A stretch of 14,009 nt of DNA, taken from positions 1 through 14,009 of the forward strand of contig CAZHPN010000162.1 of NCBI GenBank assembly GCA_964534375.1, read 5' to 3'. Below, in pieces: positions 1-6,635 of this stretch. The position numbers and the translations under genes are program-made. Origin of the DNA: an uncultured bacterium. GTDB taxonomy: Bacteria > Lernaellota > Lernaellaia > Lernaellales > Lernaellaceae. Position 1 is the first letter of the stretch. Every line of letters begins with the position of its first letter. Below the pieces are notes generated by a model, which saw only the letters and a program-made list of their open reading frames with translations, made no database searches and was not told the origin of the DNA.

Positions 1-2
1 TG

Positions 3-446
3 CTCGACGTGCTGGACCAGATGAGCTTCGACATCATGGAAATCGACAAGACGATGCACGCGCTGCACCGGCCGATCATCATCATCACGAGCAACGCGAA
101 GAAGGATTTGTCCGATCCGTTCCTCGGCCGCTGCGTCTTCCACCACATCGCCTTTCCGACGCCGGAATTCATGCGCCGCATCGTGCAGGCGCACTACGCC
201 GACCTGTCCGACCGCTTGATGCAGGCCTGCATCGAGGCCTTCTACAAGATGCGCGAGATCGACGGCGTCGAAAAGAAACCCGCGACCCGCGAACTGCTGC
301 ACTGGATTCGCGCCTTGATGTCCGAACCCGAGTTCGACGCCAAGAACCTCTCCGACGATCGCAAGATTCCGCTGCTGGGTCTGCTGTTCAAGAAATCCGA
401 GGATCTCGGCCGGGCGAAACGGGCGTTGCGGCAGACGGTGGCGTAG
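3..446 (+). CDS. MoxR-family AAA+ ATPase, C-terminal part (5' truncated by window edge)
   Basis: Frame is open back to the window start. Translation contains MoxR-like segments 'RPIIIITSNAKKDLSDPFLGRCVFHHIAFP' and 'KKPATRELLHW'. TAG stop at 444-446. The Walker A/B motifs are not in the window. Confidence 0.8.
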   Translation, partial: LDVLDQMSFDIMEIDKTMHALHRPIIIITSNAKKDLSDPFLGRCVFHHIAFPTPEFMRRIVQAHYADLSDRLMQACIEAFYKMREIDGVEKKPATRELLHWIRALMSEPEFDAKNLSDDRKIPLLGLLFKKSEDLGRAKRALRQTVA

Positions 447-486
447 CCAGACGTTTCGCTTCGTGCGGTCCCGGCAAGACCCCGCG

Positions 487-993
487 CTAATCCGGTTTCT
501 TCGGCCCGGAATTTTGACCGATCTGCGCCGCCAGGCGCTTGACCGCCTCATTCTGGCGGCGAAACACGACCTCGAAGAAAGCATACGGCATGCCGTAGGG
601 ATCGGGGATGTCGCCGCCGCGCTGCGCGTCGTCGGCCCATTCGCTGAGCAGGAACGTCTTGTAGCCGGCGTTGAAATCGAGCGCGCGGACCGCGTCGGCG
701 TGCGATTTTTCCATGACGACGATCAAATCCGCGCGGCGCACCAATTCCCGAGTCAGCGGCGTGGCGCGATGATACGAGATGTCGAGGCCGTGCTCTTCGG
801 CAGTCTCGACCGCCTCGGGGCTGGCGAGCGCTCCCGGCGTCGCGACCGTGCCGGCGGAGTGGACTCGCGCGCCGCGCACCCCGGCCGTCGCCAGTTCGGC
901 GCGCAGGGCCGCCGCGGCCATCGGGCTGCGACAGATGTTGCCGGAGCAGATGACGAGGATATCGTGGATCGGAGTGGGGAGAGGCCTGGTCAT
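487..993 (-). CDS. Low-molecular-weight protein-tyrosine(/arginine) phosphatase, 168 aa
   Basis: P-loop 'VICSGNICRSPMA', 'HSAGT', 'ADLIVVME' and general-acid loop 'DIPDPYG'. ATG at 993 chosen because the 18-aa ORF extension is largely translated heptamer repeat. Ile in the CxGNICRS loop favours pTyr specificity over YwlE-type pArg (Thr). Confidence 0.9.
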   Translation of the reverse strand: MTRPLPTPIHDILVICSGNICRSPMAAAALRAELATAGVRGARVHSAGTVATPGALASPEAVETAEEHGLDISYHRATPLTRELVRRADLIVVMEKSHADAVRALDFNAGYKTFLLSEWADDAQRGGDIPDPYGMPYAFFEVVFRRQNEAVKRLAAQIGQNSGPKKPD

Positions 994-1006
994 GGCGAGA
1001 TCCGAA

Positions 1007-1172
1007 CGGGATTCGGGATTCGGGATTCGGGATTCGGAATCACGCACTTAAACACAGAGGGCACAGAGGAAGACACAGAGGGCGCAGAGGTTCGGGTTCC
1101 CGGGATCGGGATTCGGGACTCGGGGTTCCGGAATGGCGCTCCGGCACTGCACATTCCGCATTCCGCAATCCG
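1007..1172. repeat. Composite intergenic repeat: CGGGATT heptamer arrays, RCRCAGAGG 9-mer array, and an oppositely oriented CATTCCG heptamer array
   Basis: CGGGATT x4 plus CGGAATC (1007-1041). ACACAGAGG/GCACAGAGG/AAG/ACACAGAGG/GCGCAGAGG (1052-1090). Degenerate CGGGATT units (1093-1127). CACTGCA-CATTCCG-CATTCCG-CAATCCG (1145-1172). Confidence 0.9.
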
Positions 1173-1180
1173 CCATCGCT

Positions 1181-2218
1181 TCATTCCTCCGGTTCCTCCG
1201 CAAACAGATTCAGCGTCGCGCCTTTCGGAACCTTGCGGCTGAGGTGTTCGTAGGCGCGCGGGGTCGCGATGCGGCCGCGGGGCGTGCGCTTGAGGAAGCC
1301 CCGCTGGATGAGAAACGGCTCGATCACATCTTCGATCGTGTCTTTTTCTTCGGCGAGGCTGGCGGCGATGGTCTCCACACCGACCGGTCCGCCCTGGAAA
1401 TGATCGATGATAGTCAGCAGCACGCGCTGGTCCATCTTGTCGAGACCTTCCTCGTCGACGCCCAGCCGGTTCAGGCTCTTCGAGGCGATGGCATGCGTGA
1501 TCACGCCGTCGCTTTCGATCTGCGCGAAGTCGCGCAGGCGGCGCAGCAAGCGGTTGGCGACGCGCGGCGTGCCGCGGCTGCGGCGCGAGATTTCCCTGGC
1601 GCCTTCGTCTTCCATGGCGACGGCGAGGATGCGGGCGCTGCGCTGGATGATGGTCAGCAGATCGGCCGGTTCGTAGAAATCGAGCCGATCAACGATGCCG
1701 AAGCGGTCGCGCAACGGGTTGGCGATCAGGCCCAGCCGGGTCGTGGCGCCGATCAGCGTGAACGGTTCGAGCGGCATCTGCACGGTGCGCGCCGACGGCC
1801 CCTGGCCGAGAATCAAATCGATCGCGAAGTCTTCCATCGCCGGATACAGCTTTTCTTCGACGATTTTCGGCAGGCGATGGATTTCGTCGATGAACAGCAC
1901 GTCGCGCGGCGCGAGGTTCGTCAGCAGCGCGGCGAGGTCGCCGGCCTTTTCCAGCGCCGGGCCGCTCGTGCAGTGAATATTGACGCCCAACTCGGCGGCG
2001 ACGATGTGCGCCAGCGTCGTTTTGCCGAGCCCCGGCGGGCCGTAAAGCAGCACGTGGTCGAGCGACTCCTGCCGCTCGCGCGCGGCGCTGATGTAGACTT
2101 GCAAATTGTCTTTCAGCGTTTGCTGGCCGATGAACTCGGCGAAACGGCGCGGGCGCAACGAGGCTTCGAGCGCGGCGTCGTCGGTCGCTTTCGCCGGATC
2201 GATGTTCGGGCGGTCCAT
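1181..2218 (-). CDS. ruvB: Holliday junction branch migration ATPase RuvB
   Basis: '[13 protein letters not shown]', Walker A 'GPPGLGKTT', Walker B 'LFIDEIHRL', 'LYPAMEDF', '[13 protein letters not shown]', 'RTPRGR'. 345 aa, 3 nt downstream of ruvA. Confidence 0.99.
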   Translation of the reverse strand: MDRPNIDPAKATDDAALEASLRPRRFAEFIGQQTLKDNLQVYISAARERQESLDHVLLYGPPGLGKTTLAHIVAAELGVNIHCTSGPALEKAGDLAALLTNLAPRDVLFIDEIHRLPKIVEEKLYPAMEDFAIDLILGQGPSARTVQMPLEPFTLIGATTRLGLIANPLRDRFGIVDRLDFYEPADLLTIIQRSARILAVAMEDEGAREISRRSRGTPRVANRLLRRLRDFAQIESDGVITHAIASKSLNRLGVDEEGLDKMDQRVLLTIIDHFQGGPVGVETIAASLAEEKDTIEDVIEPFLIQRGFLKRTPRGRIATPRAYEHLSRKVPKGATLNLFAEEPEE

Positions 2219-2221
2219 GCG

Positions 2222-2830
2222 TTATTCCCTCGCCAGCCGCTTGAGTGCGGCGCGCACCACTTCCGGAATGGCGGCCGATTCGCCCAACGTCTTGCGCGCC
2301 TCCGCCACCCGCGCTTCGGCCTCGGCCGGCCGGTAGCCGAGGTTGAGCAGCGCGCTGATCGCGTCGTCGTCGGCGCGCGCCGGGCGCGGCACATGGTCGA
2401 TCGCCGCAAGTTTCGCTTCGGGCAGCAACGCGGCGGCTTTGTCGGTCAGGTCGACGAGAATGCGCTCGGCAGTCTTCGCGCCGATGCCGCGCACCTTGGC
2501 CAGCGCCCGCGCGTCGCCGGCGGCGATTGCGGCGAGCATCTGATCGGCCTGGAACGCCGAGAGCAGCGCCATCGCCGCCTTGGGCCCGACCTTGCTCACC
2601 GAAATCAGCAGACCGAAAACGCGCCGTTCCAGCGCCGTCGAAAAACCATAGAGGCTGATATCGTCCTCGCGCACGGCCGTGTGCACGTGCAACGTCACCG
2701 CGCCCGGCGGCTCGGGCAGCGCGTAAAAGCAGTTCGTGCTGATCGACACGAGATACCCCACGCCGCTGACGTCGACGACGACGTGGTCGAGCTCTTTGGC
2801 GGCGAGTTGCCCCGTCAAACGAGCAATCAT
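2222..2830 (-). CDS. ruvA: Holliday junction DNA-binding protein RuvA
   Basis: 'MIARLTG', 'VDVSGVGY', 'VREDDISLYGF', HhH motifs 'VSKVGPKAA' and 'VRGIGAKTAERI', C-terminal 'ALLNLGY'. 202 aa. Confidence 0.98.
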   Translation of the reverse strand: MIARLTGQLAAKELDHVVVDVSGVGYLVSISTNCFYALPEPPGAVTLHVHTAVREDDISLYGFSTALERRVFGLLISVSKVGPKAAMALLSAFQADQMLAAIAAGDARALAKVRGIGAKTAERILVDLTDKAAALLPEAKLAAIDHVPRPARADDDAISALLNLGYRPAEAEARVAEARKTLGESAAIPEVVRAALKRLARE

Positions 2831-2846
2831 GGGAGATCCCCAGGAA

Positions 2847-2968
2847 GGAAAAAGGAAAAAGGAAAAAGGAAAAATTCGGGCGCCCGCGGGGCTGAAAGCG
2901 CGGCGCCAAGCCCGACTCGGGGTCTCTCTTCAGGCGCCGTTTTTTCTTTGTTCATTGTTGCTTTTTCC
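2847..2968. repeat. Inverted heptamer arrays (GGAAAAA x4 and a degenerate opposite-strand array x4) flanking a GC-rich core
   Basis: GGAAAAA at 2847-2853, 2854-2860, 2861-2867 and 2868-2874. TTTTTCT/TTGTTCA/TTGTTGC/TTTTTCC at 2941-2968 reads GGAAAAA GCAACAA TGAACAA AGAAAAA on the minus strand. Confidence 0.85.
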
Positions 2969-3473
2969 CTCGTTTCTCGATCTTGTCCAGCGCCAGCCGA
3001 ATGCCGCGGCTGTTGAGGTGGCAGATCGCGCCGGCGAGCGCGTCCGAGGCGTCGGTCATCGCGGATTCCGGCAGACGCAGCAGCGACTTGACCATCAGCG
3101 CGACCTGCCGTTTTTCCGCGCGGCCGTAACCGGCGACGGCCTGTTTGATCTGCGTCGCCGAATACTCGAAGACCGGCAGGCCCTCGTGCAGACAGGCGAG
3201 CATGGCGGCCGCGCGCGCATGGCCGAGCACCAACGCGCTGCGGGCGTTCTTGTGATAGAAGACGTTCTCCAGCGCGGCCTCCTGCGGGGCGTAGGTGCGA
3301 ATGCGTTCGCGCAGACCTTCGTAAATGCATTGCAAGCGGTCGGGCAAGCCGGTGCTCGTGTCGGTGAAAATGCCGCCGCAATCGACGTGGCACAGGCGCG
3401 CCGGGCGGGCGAGTTCTTCGACCACGCCCCAGCCGCAAATGCGGCTGCCGGGATCGATGCCGATGACGCGCAT
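2952..3473 (-). CDS. ruvC: Crossover junction endodeoxyribonuclease RuvC, 173 aa
   Basis: C-terminal part of the 2952..4337 ORF: 'MRVIGIDPGSRICGWGVV', 'ALENVF', 'LGHARAAAML', 'YSATQIKQAVAGYGRAEKRQV', 'DASDALAGAICH'. The ATG at 3473 overlaps the yebC stop (TGATG), indicating translational coupling. Confidence 0.97.
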   Translation of the reverse strand: MRVIGIDPGSRICGWGVVEELARPARLCHVDCGGIFTDTSTGLPDRLQCIYEGLRERIRTYAPQEAALENVFYHKNARSALVLGHARAAAMLACLHEGLPVFEYSATQIKQAVAGYGRAEKRQVALMVKSLLRLPESAMTDASDALAGAICHLNSRGIRLALDKIEKRGKKQQ

Positions 3474-4219
3474 CACTCGTCTGCCGGCATATCCTCGTCG
3501 GCGATGTCGTAGTTGCCCCAGACGTTCTGCACGTCGTCGATTTCTTCGAGGGCGTCGATCAGCTTGAGCAGCGTGTCGACATTCTTGCCCTCGACTTTGA
3601 CGGTGGTCGTGGCGATGCGGGCCAGGTCGGCGTTTTCGGGCTCGAAGCCGGCGTTGCGAAACGCTTCCTGCAAGGTGTTGAAGTCGGCGACGGCGCAGGT
3701 GACGGTGACTTCCTCTTCTTCGGCGAAGATGTCTTCGGCGCCGTTTTCGATCGCGACTTCCTCGAATTTGGCCATATCCACGCCGTCGCTCGGGAATTGC
3801 AGGCGGCCTTTGCGGTCGAACATCCAGCCGACGCTGCCGGCCGCGCCGAGGTTGCCGTTGTGCTTGTCGAACGCGTGGCGCACGTCGGCCGTGGTGCGGT
3901 TGCGGTTGTCGGAAACGGTTTCGATGATCAGCGCGACGCCGCCCGGCCCGTAGCCTTCGTAGGCGATTTCTTCGATCATCACGCCGTCGAGTTCGCCGGC
4001 GCCTTTTTTGATCGCGCGGGTGATGTTCTCTTTCGGCATGTTCGCCGCGCGGGCCGACGCGACCGCATTCCGCAGACGGATGTTGCTGTCGACGTCGCTC
4101 CCGCCGCCGCGAGCGGCCAGCATGATTTCCTTGTTCAGACGCGAGAAGATGCGGCCGCGTTTCGCGTCCGCCGCGCCCTTCTTGCGTTTGATCGTGCTCC
4201 ACTTGCTGTGACCTGACAT
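3473..4219 (-). CDS. yebC: YebC/PmpR/TACO1 family protein, 248 aa
   Basis: 'MSGHSKWSTIKRKKGAADAKRG', 'YEGYGPGG', 'SDNRNRT', 'WMFDRKG', 'LEEIDDVQNVWGN'. SD GGAGG (4224-4228, minus) precedes the ATG at 4219. Classic yebC-ruvCAB synteny. Confidence 0.98.
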   Translation of the reverse strand: MSGHSKWSTIKRKKGAADAKRGRIFSRLNKEIMLAARGGGSDVDSNIRLRNAVASARAANMPKENITRAIKKGAGELDGVMIEEIAYEGYGPGGVALIIETVSDNRNRTTADVRHAFDKHNGNLGAAGSVGWMFDRKGRLQFPSDGVDMAKFEEVAIENGAEDIFAEEEEVTVTCAVADFNTLQEAFRNAGFEPENADLARIATTTVKVEGKNVDTLLKLIDALEEIDDVQNVWGNYDIADEDMPADE

Positions 4220-4290
4220 GACGCCTCCGTAAGAAATTCGCCGCAAACGCAGCCGCAGCCACGCTTTTTTCGTCGATAGGGCGAATGTGG

Positions 4291-4319
4291 ATTTTGCCGT
4301 TCCGGCGGTGGCTTGTCAA
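4291..4319 (-). promoter_or_regulatory. Sigma70-type promoter for the yebC-ruvCAB operon
   Basis: Minus strand TTGACA (4319-4314), 17-nt spacer, CAAAAT (4296-4291), about 70 nt upstream of the yebC ATG. Confidence 0.65.
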
Positions 4320-4481
4320 GCATTGGGCGCGCGCCAAAAAACGACGATCAACGGACTATTTCGCTTCGTCGGCCGCGGCCGACGGGGCGGCTAAACTATC
4401 GCCCAACGCAACGGCACGGGCGTCTTCCATCGCCTTCGTCGGGCGTGGTTATCTTCCAATTTGCGACAGGAGGAGGCTGCC

Positions 4482-5327
4482 ATGGATTGGGGAGCCGTTG
4501 ACGCGATCGCCACGGTCGTTTCGGCTGTGGCCTTTATCGTGACCGCACTTTACGTGCGGCAGCAGTTGCGGGCCGTCGAGAAGGATCGCTATCTCGAAAT
4601 CACCAACCAATTGTTCCAAATCTGGCAAGACCCGGATTTCATGGCGGCCCAACTCTGGCTGCTGCACAAATTGCAGGAGAAAACCTGGGCCGAGTTCATC
4701 GAGAAGCACCGCGGCGACTATGGCGAGGCGGCGTTTCATCGCGTCGGGGCGTTTTACACGCGGCTCGGAGCGCTGGCGCGGCTGCGGTTGATCGACGAAA
4801 AGGAAACGCTGTCGACCCTCGGCGGCTACGCGCTGGCCGTCTGGCAGAAAATCGAGCCGTTGGTCAAGGAGGCTCGCGCGCTCGAGAATTCGACGTTGTT
4901 CGCCGATTTCGAGCGCATCATCCCCGCGTGTTACGAGTGTTATGTGCCGAACCTGCGCGAACCGCGCAATATTCGGCTGTTCGCGCCGCAAAAACCGGCG
5001 GATCGTGTCGAGATTCGCGAGTTGCAGCGCAAAATCGAGGCCGGCGAGCCCGTCCTTATTCTGGATGTGCGAAAGACCGCCGACCACGATGCCGACCCGC
5101 GCCGGCTGCCCGGCGCCCGGCACATCGCGCCCGACGCCATCGCCGGGACCTGGGGCGAATTGCCGCACGATCGCGAGATCGTGCTGTACTGCGCCTGACC
5201 CGACGAAGCGACAAGCGCCCGGGCGGCGCTTTTTCTGAGCGAAAAAGGCTACTGCGCCCGCGCGCTGATCGGCGGCTTCAACGGGTGGCGCGACGCCGGT
5301 CTCCCGCTCGATTTGCCAGCGGCGTGA
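4482..5327 (+). CDS. Probable selenoprotein: N-terminal TM helix + DUF4760-like helical domain + CxxC + rhodanese domain with C-x-U loop (Sec at codon 239, TGA 5196-5198), 281 aa
   Basis: SD AGGAGG (4471-4476) before the ATG at 4482. The rhodanese domain begins 'LILDVR...RLPGARHI...LPHDREIVLYCA', then TGA, then continues in frame 'PDEATSARAALFLSEKGYCARALIGGFNGWRDAGLPLDLPAA' to TGA 5325-5327. This supplies the 'L.GG...W..AGLP' rhodanese C-terminal signature. A hairpin follows the internal TGA. Confidence 0.88.
5199..5235 (+). promoter_or_regulatory. Putative bacterial SECIS element
   Basis: Perfect 7-bp stem AAGCGCC (5213-5219)/GGCGCTT (5225-5231) with loop CGGGC. The loop starts 21 nt after the UGA and has G at position 2, as in the general bacterial SECIS model. 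A lower pairing GAA (5205-5207)/TTC (5233-5235) is possible. Confidence 0.7.
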
Positions 5328-5387
5328 ATCGTCATTACATGCTTCCAACTGACGGAAATCGAATTTCCGCACGAAAAGGAGAACAAC

Positions 5388-6323
5388 ATGTCCATTGCAA
5401 TCGTGGCCCCGACGGGCAAAGTGAGTTCGGCATTGACCTGCCATCTGCTGGATGCCAATGCCGACCTGGTGCTGCTGGCGCGGCATCCGGAGAAAGTCAA
5501 AGAGCACGCGGCGTGCGGCGCCAAAGTGCTGCAGGGTTCGCTCGACGACGAGAACTTCGTCATCAACGCCACCGAGGGCGTCGAGGCCCTTTTCTGGATG
5601 ATCCCGCCGAAATTCGACAGCGACGATTACCGCAGCTACCAGCGCGAGATCGGGCGCATCGGGGCGGCCGCGATCGCCGCCAATCAGATCCCGTATGTCG
5701 TCAACCTGTCGAGCATCGGCGCGCAGCATCCGAACGGCACGGGGCCGATCGCCGGCTTGCACGACGTCGAGGAGGCGCTGAACAAGGCCGCCAAGAACAT
5801 CGTCCACGTCCGCGCCGGGATTTTTTTCGAAAACCACCTGGGATCCTTGGAATCGGCCCAGAACCTGGGTCAGATTTACGCACCGATTCCCGGCGATCTG
5901 GCCATGCCCCAAGTAGCGACGCGCGACATCGCGGATTTTGCGGCGAATCTGCTGCTGCACCTGGATTGGCAAGGCCGCCATTACCGCGAACTTCACGGTC
6001 CGGCGGATCTGAGCTACAACGATCTGGCGAACGCGTTTTCCGACGTGTTGGGCAAAAAGGTCGACTTCGTGCAGGCGCCGCCGGAAGCGGTTCTCGACAG
6101 TTTGCTGAAGATGGGCTTCAGCCGCAACGTCGCGACGAGCTTCCTCGCAATGTACGCCGGCGGCGAAAAGGGTCTCGTGGCTCCGCTGGAGCCGCGGTCG
6201 GCGAATAACACGACCAAGACGACGTTCACGCAATTCCTGCGGGCGTATCTGCAAAAGACGGCGAAAGCAACGACGACGCCCCCGGCCGCGCCGAAAAAGC
6301 GCTCAAAACACCGTGCGGCGTAA
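5388..6323 (+). CDS. NmrA-family NAD(P)-binding (atypical SDR) protein, 311 aa
   Basis: Rossmann start 'IAIVAPTGKVSS', 'GSLDD', 'EGVEALFWMIPP', 'VVNLSSIGA', 'VRAGIFFEN', 'VATRDIA', 'LHGPADLSY'. SD AAGGAG shortly before the ATG. Starts 60 nt after the selenoprotein stop, so probably co-transcribed. Confidence 0.88.
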   Translation: MSIAIVAPTGKVSSALTCHLLDANADLVLLARHPEKVKEHAACGAKVLQGSLDDENFVINATEGVEALFWMIPPKFDSDDYRSYQREIGRIGAAAIAANQIPYVVNLSSIGAQHPNGTGPIAGLHDVEEALNKAAKNIVHVRAGIFFENHLGSLESAQNLGQIYAPIPGDLAMPQVATRDIADFAANLLLHLDWQGRHYRELHGPADLSYNDLANAFSDVLGKKVDFVQAPPEAVLDSLLKMGFSRNVATSFLAMYAGGEKGLVAPLEPRSANNTTKTTFTQFLRAYLQKTAKATTTPPAAPKKRSKHRAA

Positions 6324-6635
6324 CCGGGACGCGGCGCGGAGTTTGGCCCTGTAAGGAAGACCAGCGCCGGCCGACAACTTGGATAGACTTCTTGGCGCGC
6401 TCCTCCGAATCGCCAAAAGCGACTCAAAAGGAGTTCGGTGGCAGTAAAGGTTCCAAACTTTACATAAGGCCATCGGGGCTCAGAGCCGAACAAAACTGAA
6501 AAAAAGTTATGTTCAAGCTCTCGAGCCGCGCTGGGAAGCTGGATTTCCGCCTCGGTCGTTATCTGAAAAAAAGATTGGGAAGGGAAGTTGGTTGTTGCCT
6601 GTTTCCGTCCGGTGCACGCTCCACGATAAGAATCC

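Noticed and set aside
1007..1172. Possible CRISPR array
   Set aside because: Units are 7-9 nt tandem repeats with no unique spacers, and no cas genes are in the window.
1133..3016. 627-aa plus-strand ORF (likewise 463..1242, 6747..8795, 4449..6254, 11435..12556, 13045..13962)
   Set aside because: These are antisense shadows of real genes, expected in high-GC DNA, with no recognisable motifs.
2952..4337. 461-aa ORF suggesting an N-terminally extended RuvC
   Set aside because: The upstream roughly 290 codons are mostly an alternative frame of yebC (Arg-rich, low-complexity). RuvC homology starts at the ATG at 3473.
4461..5198. ORF-track version of the gene (TTG start at 4461, ending at TGA 5198), or a nonsense pseudogene reading
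   Set aside because: The SD AGGAGG points to the ATG at 4482. The TGA falls at a Cys-equivalent active-site position with an intact downstream domain and a SECIS-like hairpin, so Sec recoding is more parsimonious, though unproven.
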